Assembly (NCBI RefSeq): GCF_018350175.1
Contig: NC_058381.1
Location: 1,674,001 to 1,738,000, forward strand
Length of the DNA: 64,000 nucleotides
DNA from: Felis catus
Lineage: Eukaryota
Reading direction: 5' to 3'
Shown here: in pieces, positions 40,490 to 60,139 of the stretch
Layout of the letters: each line of letters opens with the position of its first letter
Position numbering within the stretch: position 1 is the first letter of the stretch
Made by a program: the position numbers and the translations under genes
Notes under the pieces: generated by a model
What the model was told of the DNA's origin: nothing
The model's input: the letters and a program-made list of their open reading frames with translations, nothing else
Databases searched by the model: none

Positions 40490-41051
40490 CCGCCGCGCCG
40501 CCTTCCTCACCGCCCCGGGGGCCGCTTCTGGCAGTCTTAACCGAGGCCGGGCCCTCGGCGGGAGGGGAGCCCCCGTCGGCCGCTGTCCCGCTAAGCGGCG
40601 GCCGGAACCCTCCCGGGGTCCCCGCCCCGCCCCGCTGGGGCGCGCCCCGTCTCTCGGCATCCCCACCCCCCCCCCGGGCCCGCGCCCCACCTCCCCGCAT
40701 CTTCAGCCGCGACCTCCGGAGCCCCGCCTGCCCCTGCTCCACGTTTCCCCGCTGCCTGCACCCGCCCCGGCCCCCTCCCGACTTGCCTTATTTATTTGTT
40801 GGACGCGTCTCTGAATGTATCCGCCTCGGTCCCGCCCCCGCCGCGCGCCCCCGCCCGACTCCGCATGCCGGCGCGCGTCCCCGTCCCGGGCCGCCCCGCC
40901 CCCGAGGGGAGGGGCCTGTACATACTGTAACATACAGAGCAGAGTGAAGAGTCTATTTACGGCGCCGCCGGGAGGGCGGCGCGGCGGGGGCCCCCGGCCG
41001 GCTCCACGAGCACTTTCTACTTGTGCATGGGCTTGGTTTCTACGAGTTACC

Positions 41052-41057
41052 ATTAAA
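41052..41057 (+). terminator. CAMTA2 polyadenylation signal ATTAAA
   Basis: Only canonical-type hexamer I found between the CAMTA2 stop and the SPAG7 start. Confidence 0.6.
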
Positions 41058-41245
41058 CATCGCTGCACCAGCCAGCCTCCCGCCTCTGTCTGCGCCGCGC
41101 GGGCGGGCGGGCGGAGCCTGGGCGGCGGGGGACAGCGGGCGGGGCGCGGCCGGCGCGGGGCTCTCCGCCTCCGACGTGTTTCCGGCCTTAAAGGCATTTC
41201 GCCCTTCCCTTTAAGACGCGCCGCCCCTTCTCAGTCACTCCCAAG

Positions 41246-44200
41246 ATGGCGGACCTACTGGGCTCCATCCTGAGCTCCATGGAGAAGCCACCCAGCCTCG
41301 GGGACCAGGAGTCTCGGCGCAAGGCCCGAGGTGAGGACCCCAAATCCGCAACCGCCTTTCTTCGCCCGGTTTTCAGGACCACACTCTCCCCCCTTCGGAC
41401 GCTGCCGCCGCCTCAACCTTGAAAGACCCCCTCACAGGCCCCTACGGAGACCCCCAGAGTCCCTAAAAGGGCTGCCGGCCCGCCCGCTCTTGTTAGCGGG
41501 CGGTGATTGGCTACCTCAAGCCCAGCGCCGCCTCCCGCCTCTTCCCTACTGGCCTTCCGCAGTCCTTGTTTCCAATTCGCCGGCGAGCCCGCCCGTCCGC
41601 CGCTGTCGTGCTCTGATTGGCTGGCTGCCTCCAGCCCCTGGGCGTTCCTCGCCCGCCCGCCCGCCTCGCCCCGCCCGCGGTTCGGGGGGGGGGCGTGTCC
41701 GGCCCGCGAGTCCTGGCAACCCCCAGCCGTATTCCGATTGGGTCCAGGGCACGCCCGTCCGCCATCCCTTCGCCTCTATTGGCCAGCTCCACTAAGAGCT
41801 CTGCCCACGAAGTCTTGTCCCACCTTCCTCGGGCCCACCCCGCCCCCAGCGCCTCCTATTGGCGGCCGGGTCCTTCGGGTGCCCTGCGCCCCCTCCCCGA
41901 GCACCTGCCCTGCCGCGTCCCCGCCGCCCCTCCCTCGAGGTCAGCCTCCCAGCCCCCGGCTGCCGGCGGATCGCGCTAGTGACTGGAGGGACAGGGACGC
42001 TCCTGCCCCCGAGCGGCTCCCTGCGGGCGGGCTCCTCCACGCGGGGGCCGGGATCCTGGGGTACCGTCGCGGATCCCGCAGCCCCGAGCGCGCAGGAAAT
42101 GATCACCCCGCAGTTTGGTAGCCACCTTGCAAAATAATTGTCACGAGGGCAATGACCCAGGGGCCCTGACCCGGTGAGCGGACAGAGCTCGGAGGAGATC
42201 GGGGACGTGTGCGAACTGGACACTGGAATTCGTGCTCTCCCTGACTGCCTAGGCGGGGCTCACCAGCGGCAGTTGGTGGACCAGGAAGCTGAAGTGCATA
42301 GTGTTAGGTACTCGCTTGAGGTCACAGGGTTACTAAGTGGTAGGGCTTTAAACCTGGCTTTAAACTGGAGTTAAGCCTACTCGATTTTTTTTTTTGCCAA
42401 CATTTTTTTGTTTTTTAACGTTTATTTTTGAGAGAGAGAGCATGAGCGGCAGAGGGGCAGAGAGAGAGGGAGACAGAATCTGAAGTAGGCTCCAGGCTCT
42501 GAGCTGTCAGCACAGAACCCAACTCAAGGCTCAACCCACGAACCTTGAGATCATGACCTGAGCCGAAGTCGGGCACCTAACCGACTGACCCCTCAGGCGC
42601 CCCTTGGCCAACATTCTTAACCTTAATCTTAACGCCACTTCCTCAGATGCAGAGGGACCCGTTAGAGAGCTGTCAGTGGTCAAGATAAGATGCACTGATG
42701 GCAAAGCCCCTGGGATGAGAGAACGCCTAGCCTGAGCTATCAGGCCCTGGGGCCACGGAGACTGATGGGATGGGAGGTGAGCAGGGCGCCTGCCCTCCAG
42801 CAGCCCAGAGTCTGGCCCAAGAGACAAATACAAAGTTACATTATGTGGGTTCTCAGCACCTGCTCTAGTGGCTGTCTGAACCAAATGTGCTTTGGGCCCA
42901 GAGGAAGCGGCAACTGTGACTCATGGTGGGTCTCGGTGTGCAAGAGGAGGAGAAGCACTCGAAGCAGAAGGAGCCACAGGTGCAAAGGCCTGGGGTGGCC
43001 AGGCAAGCGGGAGGCGGCTCGGGACAGCTGCCGGGATTTGGTCCAAGGAAGTGGAATCAAGGGTGTGAGGGATTTGAGGTGGCCAGAGAGGGGCGGGGGC
43101 TCTGAGACCTGAGCTGGGGGAGCTCCTTCGCAGCTCACCTTGGACTTGGATGCCTGCGCTCCCAGAGGAGGAGGGGGCCTGTCCCTCCAGCGTCATCCTG
43201 TCCGTAGAAGTGAGAAGTGGGGGTGTCACAAAATATAGGAAGTTAAATAATTTCCCCTTTCTTGCGTAGACGCTGTGACAGGAAGCTCTTGAAGGCCAGG
43301 CCCGAATCCGCTCTCCTGACCTCCCCAGCTGTCTCCCAGTTCCTCGCGTGTCATGGGCATGAAATAAATGTTAATCGGATTCCCCAGCGGGGTTGGGAAA
43401 CGGGACCTTGCTGTTCCCCCTGCACGGCGGGCTCTTGCAGGGCAAAGCTCGGTCCGTGTCTGTGCCACGGGACCTAGCACAGCACCACATACGGAGAACG
43501 TACGAACCGACGCTTGGCAGCAGTCCTCCCGCTCTCCCAGCGGGCCCGGGTCCCCTTGGCAGCCTGACGGACTCTCCCCGCCCGTGCCTCCGCCCCTGGC
43601 CTCACGCTGCCCTTTCTGCCCCCAGAGCAGGCTGCCCGCCTGAAGAAGCTACAGGAACAAGAAAAACAACAGAAGGTGGAGTTTCGTAAAAGGGTGAGGA
43701 CAGTTGGAGGTGTCACAGGCAGCTTCAGGGAGGACCTCGGATAAGTTAGACTCGGAAGGTGGAGGACTCAGGTTTCCCCAGATGTCTCCGGGGAGGAGCC
43801 TGGAAGCCAGCGGCGTGGAAGCTGGGAAAGGCGTGGGGAGGCGATGGCCCGATGGCCCGGCTAGGGCGAGGGATGCTGGGGCGGAGCGGCCCTCCCATGC
43901 CGTCCTTCTCCTTCTCCCAAGATGGAGAAAGAGGTGTCCGATTTCATCCAAGACAGCCGGCAGATCAAGAAAAAGTTTCAGCCGATGAACAAGATCGAGA
44001 GGAGCATCCTGTGAGTGTCCCCAGCCTGGGCGGCTGGGCGGGGAAGGGCCAGCGGGGACCCGTGAGAAGGGGGTGCCGCCCCTCCCCCCCCCACCACCAC
44101 CACCACGGTGCCGCACACTCTCCCCTCCGCCCTCCCTTCCCAGACACGATGTGGTGGAGGTGGCTGGCCTGACGTCCTTCTCCTTCGGGGAAGATGATGA

Positions 44201-44897
44201 GTGTCGCTACGTCATGATCTTCAAGAAGGTGAAAGGCCCGAGCTCCGCGCTCCCCTGTCTCGTCTTCGGCCTGTGTCCGTCCCCCTCTCCGGGGGAGAGG
44301 CCTGGGGTGCCTGTGGACCCTTGACCCCGGCATTCCCCTGTCCCCAGGAGTTCGCACCCTCAGATGAAGAGCTGGAGTCCTACCGTCGCGGCGAGGAGTG
44401 GGACCCCCAGAAAGCCGAGGAGAAACGCAAGCTGAAGGTGAGCCGCGAGGGGCAGGCCCTGGAGCCTGCGGCCCAGCACCCCGAGTCAGGCCCCCTGAGC
44501 GCGGGCCTCCCTCTGCACCCCCAGGAGCTGGCCCAGCGGCAGGAGGAGGAGGCAGCCCAGCAGGGCCCCGTGGTGGTGAGCCCCGCCAGCGACTACAAAG
44601 ACAAGTACAGCCACCTCATCGGCAAGGGGGCGGCCAAGGACGCGGCCCACATGCTACAGGCCAACAAGGCCTATGGCTGTGGTGAGGCCCGGCGGGGTTG
44701 GGGAGGGCAGAAGGGAGGGGGGGAGCGCCGGACGGCAGGCAGGGGAGAGGCTGTGATAACGGGGCTCCCACCCTCCTCGCCCCCCAGTGCCCGTGGCCAA
44801 CAAGAGGGACACGCGCTCCATCGAAGAGGCCATGAACGAGATCCGGGCCAAGAAGCGGCTGCGGCAGAGCGGGGAAGAGCTGCCACCGACGTCCTAG
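41246..44897 (+). CDS. SPAG7: Sperm-associated antigen 7 (R3H domain), 227 aa. Exons: 41246-41330, 43626-43693, 43922-44010, 44144-44228, 44348-44437, 44525-44681, 44788-44897
   Basis: [22 protein letters not shown]...[20 protein letters not shown]...EELPPTS*. The seven exons sum to 684 nt, all GT-AG. Confidence 0.96.
42405..42604 (-). mobile_element. SINEC_Fc-like CAN-SINE with TSD GCCAACATT
   Basis: SINEC reverse consensus; GCCAACATT flanks both ends (~42396 and ~42608). Confidence 0.9.
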
Positions 44898-45669
44898 GCG
44901 CCCCAGCAACCGGGGCGGGCCGGGGACAGGGGGACAGGCTGCTGCTATTAGGACCCATCCTGGAGCCCCACCTCCGCACCGCCTCCCGTCCGCGGGCACC
45001 GGGCCGGGGAGGCGGGTATGTGACTTGTCACTGTCCGAGCTCGGACCCTCGAGTGGTGTGTGTGCGCTTGCGCGTGAGTGTGCGAGTGTGAATGCACAGG
45101 TGGGTATTTAACGTGTATTATTCTCCTTTCTCCTCGGAATTTTCTTCCCCACGGGGCTGGGATTACTTTACACTCAGTAAACACTGTTTGACCCAATGTC
45201 TTGGTTTGTCTGAACAGGGAAAGGGGGGTCCTGGGGAGGAAGGGAATTTTAGGTTGATTAGCGTGACTGCTGTTTGTGTAGACCAAGGATGGCCAGATAC
45301 TGGCGCTCTCAGGGCAGGGGGGGGATGGGGGAGGGGGTCCCCAAGAGGTACGATCAGTGGGGCACGCTCCCTGGAGAGTTTTCACACTCTCACTCCCACG
45401 CAGCTGCCCCTCGGGGCGGGTCACACCCTCGGCCCCGCCCCCCTCCCTTCCTGGAGCTGGTTCCACGTGCCTTCAGTGCCCCTCTGGCTGCGTACACGGC
45501 GCCCCCTTCCCCAGCCTCCTTCCAAAGTGTGACCCCACCCCCCTCTCCTGCCCTCTGGTCCCTGCGGGTGATGCGTCTTTCCTTCCCTTCCCGCCCTGCC
45601 TGTCCGCTCAGAGACCCGCACCTGCTCACTCGCCACAAGGACCACACCGTGTCTATGTTGGCACCAGCG

Positions 45670-45675
45670 TTTATT
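45670..45675 (-). terminator. ENO3 polyadenylation signal AATAAA
   Basis: TTTATT on the + strand, 70 nt past the stop. Confidence 0.8.
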
Positions 45676-45745
45676 TCCCAGGGAGGGGCTTGTGGGCCTA
45701 GGTCTGTCCCATGGTGTCTTGTGGGGTCTCAGAGCCTCCAGCTTC

Positions 45746-49723
<3,978 letters not shown>

Positions 49724-49822
49724 GGCTGCAGGACAGGAGGTGTAACTTAGTGTGGACAGTTGATCTCCCTTAAGGAGCCCGAAATCCCTTGCCCTTTAAG
49801 AGTCTTCCCCACCCCAAGAAGG

Positions 49823-49894
49823 CAGGTGCTGGAGCTAAAAATACCCCACAAAAAGGTCACAGAGGAAGAGGCTGGCGCAGCCCCCTCCCCCACT
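49823..49894 (-). promoter_or_regulatory. ENO3 intron-1 muscle enhancer: E-box (49823-49828), MEF2-type site CTAAAAATAC (49835-49844), ERR/NR half-site AAGGTCA (49853-49859), G-rich box (49876-49894)
   Basis: The minus strand reads AGTGGGGGAGGGGGCTGCG next to an A/T-rich MEF2 box, the arrangement described for the beta-enolase intronic enhancer. Confidence 0.8.
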
Positions 49895-50386
49895 CAGGGC
49901 AGCTCCTATTCCACCCCCAACCTGGGAATCCAGGGGCTCCTCCTAGAACTGTTTGGATTGTGGGCAACCTGGACCCCCGTCCCCACAAAGCTGCACTGAG
50001 GCCTGCTCCCTCAGCCTTCCGCTCGAGCACTGCGCTCTCCCTGGCCCCGCTGGCCCTCAGACCCTCTTCTGCTGTTCTGGTTCGCATCTTCCCGCACCTC
50101 CAAAATCCGCGGGGACCCCAAATTCCCCACCTGGCCCCAACTCCCCTCCCCTTTGCAATCCACCTCCACCTGCCTCTCTTCACAGCCTTCAGGGTGTCGT
50201 CAGTCCCTGGTCCTGGGCACCCCCAACCTGCGTGCTCCAACCCTTCCAATCAAAGCTTTCTCCAGCGGGGGGGGGGGGGGTGTCCCAGGAGGAAGACACG
50301 CCTGACACAGCCCCCCCTTTCTCAAACCAGCACCCCCCTCCCCCTTCACTACCCCCCATCGTCTGGGACTGCAAGATTCGTCAGAC

Positions 50387-50481
50387 CTGAGATGTCTCCG
50401 CTGGGGGTCTGGGGTGAGCTCCGAGTCTGGATGGCAGCTGGGACAGTGTCAGCTCACCCCCTCTCAGGCCGGGCATTTATC
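50387..50481 (-). promoter_or_regulatory. ENO3: ENO3 proximal non-coding exon 1 (donor at 50386) with upstream TATA-like GATAAAT
   Basis: Donor CAG|gtctga, with a TATA-like element ~50475-50481 on the - strand followed upstream by GC boxes. Confidence 0.6.
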
Positions 50482-50529
50482 CCCGAGCCACCCTGTGCCC
50501 CGGCCAGCCCCGCCCCTCTCTCCCTCTTC

Positions 50530-50560
<31 letters not shown>

Positions 50561-51029
50561 GCACTGGGCTGCCAGCCAAGTGCCCACTACAGCCTAAATC
50601 AGAAGCCTTTGGCCCTGGGCACCTGCCCCCTTCCCAAAAGCCAATGACGACCCCTCCTTCCTCTGTATCCCTCAACACAAACCCCTACTTTTAATTCCAG
50701 CCCCGGGGAGGGGCTTGGGAGGGCCTTCAGATCGGGGGTCTCCCCCTCCCCGGGATTACCATACCATTTTGCAAAGGTTAAAGAGGAACCAGTGCCCTTT
50801 AGCAAAGGCCAAGGGTAACCTGAGCCCTGCAGGGCTGGGGAGGGGGCCTGGAAGAGGGGCTGCAGGATTGACATCCACACATGCTCAGCTCACTTGGCAG
50901 GCGCCTGGTCGCCTCTGCCGTCGGTCGGAGAAGGGGCCGGGGGCGTGGGCAAGCTTTGAGGTGTAACCCCCCCCCACACTCGGAAGGCGAGAGAGTCTCA
51001 CCTCTCAGGGTCCTCATTGCGGCCTCTCT

Positions 51030-53660
51030 CGGCTGCACCCCACCCTCCCCGCTCCGGGCGGGCGAGGGGGGTGGGGGAGGGGGCGGGGAGACGAATTTAG
51101 ACGGGCCCCCAAGAGTTGGCGCGGCTCCCTACTGATAGCGCTGGGACAGCACTTGTCGCCCAGCGTGGAGACTGGCAGACGGGGAGCCTCTCTCCCGGCC
51201 GACCTCGGGCGCTTCGGGGCGCGGCCCCCGCCCGCCAGTGAATGATGTTAACCGGGAGTGCACAAAATGAATGGCGGGAGGACGGGTGGCCCCTGCGGGG
51301 AGGTGGGTGTCTGCCGGGGCGCGCACCCGCCCCTCCCCCCACCCCGGCCGCGCCCTCCCGGGATTTTTCCGGCCCGGGATCGGGGGTGCGGCGGGGCAGA
51401 GGTCGGGAGCCGGCGGGCGGGGAGCGCCGCCACGTGCCCGAGCGCCGGCCCCGCCCGAGCTCCCGGTGACTCAGCCGCGCGGCTGTCGAGGAACGGGCTC
51501 GGGGGGCGTCGGTGCCGGGAGCTCGGGGCGGCCGCGCGGGGTCGCGCGCCCCAGGCCTGGGAGGACCAGCGGGACGCCCCTCCCCCAGCACCGGAAGCGG
51601 CCCAGCCCCTCGGCGCCCGGCGCGCGCGGGGCTGCCCCACCTGAGCCGCCGCGGGGCCCTGCCCACCGCTCCGCGCCGGGCGCCGGGTGCGCTCGCCGCG
51701 CTCAAGTTCTCAGCCGAAGTTTTACCGAAAAGAAGGAAAAAACCCAAGGGGCCCAAACGGGAAGGGACTTTCCCCTGACTGAAAAAGTTGCAAAGCGTGA
51801 GGCCTCTTGGTATTCTTCCGCTCTGAAAAGTAGTCCCGCCCCTCCGTCCCGCGCGCGATGACCTCGGCGGCGCCGGGTCGAGGGGCGCGGCCGGGGGCGC
51901 GAAGTGCTCGGCCGGGGGGGGGGGGCGGGGGAGCGGGGAGCCCGGGGAGTGCGGGTGAGGCCTGGGACCGGAGCTGACCCTGCGGAGGGTCATCCCCAGG
52001 AACTCGGCTTGTGCCACTCGGGCTGATGCTAGAGACACGGGTGTCCCCGCGGGGATGCCTTGAGCTCCGAAGACGGCCTGGGTATTTGTCACATCCCTCT
52101 TGGCTCCCGCGCGCCTTAGCTGCCTATAGCCGAGCGGAGCAGCGGCGCCGCCGCCCCCTCCGGTCGGCGGGAGACACGTCCCCGGCCCACCCGCCTCCGC
52201 GGGGGGTCCCGCCGCCCGCTTCCCCGCGCGCCCGCGCAGCCGGCCGCTGGCTCCAACCGCCCCGCGCCCTCCCGCCCGGCCCGGCCCGGCCCGCGCAGGC
52301 GCGGGCGCACGCGCCGCCGCCGCCGCTCCTGCCCTCCGGCGGAGGTGGGGGAAGGGGGAGCCGTTCCGTTTAACCCTGAGCACCCCGCACCCCCTTCGTT
52401 GCGCCCAATTCGCAGCTCGCCAATTCCTCCTTTCACTTTCCTTCCTCCCTCGGGCTCACTCCCTTCCCCGACACCAAAGTCCGATTTATATTCCATGCGA
52501 AGTGGAGCGAGCCCGGACCCTAACCTTCCCCTGCCACCGCCCACCCCCCCCCCCCATCCTTTTACATAGCTTTCCACCCAACTCTGCAAATTTTGCAATA
52601 GGGGGAGGGATTTTTAAAATTGCATTTGCAAAGTTCGGTCTCTGGGCAGGCGAGGGGGGGGGAGGGAGGGAACGGGGAGCAGGCCCCGCCCCTGCCGCCC
52701 TTTGCAAATAAAAATCTAGGGGGGGGGGGGAGGAGCAGGAAGTGGCGGTGCGAGGGCTGCTGCACAGCTAGCAGAGCCGCGGTCCGGACGGCAGCGCGTG
52801 CCCCGAGCTCTCCACCTCCCCCCGCCCGCCAGCCCGAGGCCCCCGAGCCCAGCCCGCGGCCCCAGCAGNNNNNNNNNNNNNNNNNNNNNNNNNNNNNNNN
52901 NNNNNNNNNNNNNNNNNNNNNNNNNNNNNNNNNNNNNNNNNNNNNNNNNNNNNNNNNNNNNNNNNNNNNNNNNNNNNNNNNNNNNNNNNNNNNNNNNNNN
53001 NNNNNNNNNNNNNNNNNNNNNNNACATCACGGTAGTGCGACGCCCGCGCGCCCCGGGGCACCGGCCGGCCCGGACCCGGAGGGAGGGACTGGGGTGGGGG
53101 CGGGCGCGGTCCGGGGAGGACGGCGCAGGGCCGCCACCGGGTCCTGGCCCCGGACACGGCGCGGATGGCGGTTGCACGTGAGCGGGCCCTCCGCTGCCCC
53201 CCGAGCCCTACGCCCCGGGGCGGCGGCGCCCGTGCCTCCCGCCGCCCCGCTCCCCGCGACGGGGCGTTACATCCGGGGCACAGGGCGGGGAGGGGCGCGC
53301 CGCCCGGTGCCGAGGCCCACTTCCGCCTCGTCTAGGGCGGGGCGGGCTCCGCCGGGGCCGGGGACCGGCCAGGCGCCTGGGGACCCCCAGCCCCGCTTCC
53401 GGCGGCCGGCTCTCGCCCCGCCACCTTTGTTCCTCCCGCCGCGGGAGGGAGCCCCGGGCGCGTGGTCTGGGTCGCACGCCGGTCCCCGGGGCTCCCCGCC
53501 CTCCCGGCTCCGTTAGAGAGGGCGAGGCCGCCACACGCCCCCCCCCCCCACGGGTCGGCACGCCGTGCCCCGCATTCCTGGGAGGCCCGTCCCGGAAGTC
53601 CCCTCGCCCTCCCTTCCCGCCATCCGGCGGGGCCCGGAGCGGGGGAACTTTGTGGGAAGT
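51030..53660. promoter_or_regulatory. CpG island shared by divergent ENO3 (upstream) and PFN1 promoters
   Basis: Dense CpG/GC boxes, ETS site CAGGAAGTG at ~52736 and an AT-rich TATA-like AATAAAA at ~52707 upstream of the PFN1 5'UTR. Confidence 0.75.
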
Positions 53661-55380
53661 TGTAGGGCAGCGTGAGCCGAGGAATGAGGGATGACTCCTG
53701 CTGTCCCCATCACCACCTCCCCTGTCCACACTGCCCGGAAGTGGGGAGGGGGAGCGGAAGTTCGGGAGGGGGGGAAGGGGATTTCCGGGCGGGAGGGGAC
53801 CGGATGTGGGGGTTTGGGGGGTTAGGGGGAGGGGGGAGAAAGGTTCCCTGGGGTAGTGGACCCGAGGGCTGGGTTTGCGGGTGTAGCCTTGGGCCCCCTT
53901 CAGAAGTTTTCCAACTTTCCCGGAAGGCCCCCAGGGCTCTGCTTCCTCATCTTGGGGCACAGATACCTGGACTTACCCTAAGTCACTTGGAGACCCAGGC
54001 GTCCGGGCCCCTAACAACTCCTGCAGAACCTTTGACCAAATAAGGGCAAAGTTGCTTCTCCTGCTTCGCCCGCCCCCTCCCTTCCCCTCTGAGCTTCTGC
54101 TTTTCCTGAAGGAGAGTTCTGTGCATCCAAAGGCTCCCCATTCCATTCCACTCCACTCCTTTCCCTGCATTTTGGTCCCCTTTATTTCCTGGATTTGCTT
54201 TCCCTATTAAATGAGATCGAAATTTCCAGAGGAATATGTAGTCCTTTCCTAGGACCATTTTCTGGGTTTGAGGACCATGATCTTTTTGTGCACGAACTTT
54301 CAACAGCCCTTTTAAGGGTTTTTCAAATTTCTTAGATGTGCACAAAGCAGGTAACCTGTCCTCCTCGCTCGGGGGTGGGGGAGGGGTTCTAGCTTCCCCC
54401 TAGAAGTCGGGGGTAGGTGGGTCCTTGGAGAAGAGGGTGGGAACCTCCGTGTACTAACTTTGATGGGCGCTTCGTTCCCCTTCCAGCCAGCTGAGGTTGG
54501 TGTCCTGGTTGGCAAAGACCGGTCAAGTTTTTTCGTGAACGGGCTGACACTTGGGGGCCAGAAATGCTCTGTTATCCGGGACTCGCTGCTGCAGGACGGG
54601 GAATTTACCATGGATCTCCGTACCAAGAGCACCGGCGGAGCTCCCACCTTCAACATCACTGTCACCATGACTGCCAAGAGTGAGTTTCTCTTAATCTCTC
54701 CTGCTCCAAGATCCCCAGTGTACCTCCTGGTCGTCTTTTGGGTTCTTTTTCTGTGTGGTTTCCCCCAGTACAAAGGGATCCTAACAGCCTGCTGGATGCT
54801 GGGACGCCAGATAGTTCCTCCGGTTGTGTCTCAGTTCCTCATCTTGTAATATAAAGAGTTGAACTGTGTTACCTCTTCAGTTCCTTCCTGCCCTGAGACT
54901 TTCAGAGGAAAAACTCCGTTTTCTTGGAAGAGGTAGACTGGTGGTCAGAAGTTGGCACTTAAACTGGGTCTTTTGAATTCTTTTGTTAAAACCTGGAGGT
55001 GGCAGGCCCAACCCTGGTTATTTGTAGCCTGAACCAGAGTCCGCGGTATGCAGGCTTTTGGCCCCTAAATTTTAGCTTGTTCCTCTCCAGCTTTAAGCTT
55101 GATTTCCCCCTCCTGAAAAGCCCTATTGTTTCAGGGTGACTGACAGCCTGCCTGTGTGGGGGGGGTGGGTGGGAAAGAGGAGGTTGGGTTACAGCCCCCA
55201 GGGCTGGACAGCTGCTGAACAGCTGGCCGGGGGTGGAATCGGGACACCTGGGTCCTAGNNNNNNNNNNNNNNNNNNNNNNNNNNNNNNNNNNNNNNNNNN
55301 NNNNNNNNNNNNNNNNNNNNNNNNNNNNNNNNNNNNNNNNNNNNNNNNNNNNNNNNNNNNNNNNNNNNNNNNNNNNNNNN
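52900..55380 (+). CDS. PFN1: Profilin-1. Exon 1 ~52900-53031 (mostly in N gap; ends ...ACATCACG|gt), exon 2 54487-54679, exon 3 hidden in gap 55259-55398 (end approximate)
   Basis: Exon 2 translates [68 protein letters not shown]1-like 3'UTR follows the gap. Confidence 0.93.
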
Positions 55381-55618
55381 NNNNNNNNNNNNNNNNNNAC
55401 CACCCCCACTGCTTTTGCACCCCTCTCCTTCCCATACACACACGTACACCATTTTTATTTTTTGGGCCATTACCCCACACCCCTTGTTGCTGCCAAAACC
55501 ACATGGGCTGGGGGCTGGGGCTGGATGGACAGACACCTCCCCCTCCCTGTACCCCTCCTGTGTGTGGTTGGAAAACTTTTTTGTTTTTTGGGTTGTTTTT
55601 TTTTTTTTTTTTTTTCTG

Positions 55619-55624
55619 AATAAA
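55619..55624 (+). terminator. PFN1 polyadenylation signal AATAAA
   Basis: AATAAA after a U-rich tract, with a GT-rich downstream element. Confidence 0.85.
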
Positions 55625-56159
55625 AAAGATTCTACTAACAAGGTGCTGTGTGGTTTGGCCTGGGTGTCAGGATGGACTGTCCCCATGACCTGCCTCCTTT
55701 ATTTTGGCTTTGGGTTAGAAGGGGGTTGAGGGCATCACAACCCCCTTTATCTTGGCTCTGGGTTAGAAGGGGGTTGAGTCTAGAAATTTGAGCTTCCTTG
55801 CGCCTGGGCCAGGCCTAAGCACCTGCCTGTAGCCTACCTGGTCAGGTTGGCCCAGCCCTTCCACAGTGGCACTTCCTAGCTGAATTGGGAGATAATGGAA
55901 AAGAGCCAGTCCGTCCCAGAGAATGGGTCCGGGCCTGCGGGCAAGGCAGGGCCAGTTGAGTCATCCTAGTGTGGGTGGGGCTCCCCCTCTCTGAGTCACA
56001 GTAAATGCCTGCTGGGGCTGTCCCCATGGCTACAGGTTATTCTCCAGGCACTCCCCTGCCCCTTTATGGCAAAAAAAAGGAGGGGGGCAATTACCCCCAA
56101 GGATAAGGAGTTCACCTATGTGAGAATGAGCTCACTCTTCCTCAGTTCACAAAAACTGT

Positions 56160-56165
56160 TTTATT
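56160..56165 (-). terminator. RNF167 polyadenylation signal AATAAA
   Basis: TTTATT on the + strand, ~180 nt past the stop. Confidence 0.8.
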
Positions 56166-56268
56166 AACCCCGAAAATGAAGACCCAGTCCCTCTACACCC
56201 TCAACCCCTTCAAAAGGATGGGGTTGGGCAAGGGAGAAACCTGGGGTGGACATGTCCCCTGTCCCTCA

Positions 56269-59845
<3,577 letters not shown>

Positions 59846-60139
59846 GGCAGCGGGAGGGGAGCGGCAGGAGAGGCCGCGTCCCGGTAGCAGGAGCAGCAGC
59901 GGAGGTGCGCGCCCTCTCCGCCTCTCCTTCAGGATCCCAGGGGTCCAACCGCCCCCAGGCCCCGCTTCCCAGCTACATGGGGGCGCGGGGAAGGAACCCC
60001 GGGTCCGGGAGTGGGGCAGCCAACCCGTTCGGTGAGGGCGGGGAAGGAGGCACTAAACGTATCCTACTCGGGTACAGGGACAAGCTCGGGAAGGGAGACC
60101 AAGGCAAACACAGGTGACAGAAAAACTTCTGGGTGGGGG

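Noticed and set aside
51097-52383. 428-aa - strand ORF between ENO3 and PFN1
   Set aside because: CpG-island artefact; no ATG start or domain.
52869-55398. PFN1 as a truncated gene or pseudogene (only exon 2 visible)
   Set aside because: The missing exons coincide with N gaps of appropriate size; introns, UTRs and the polyA signal are intact.
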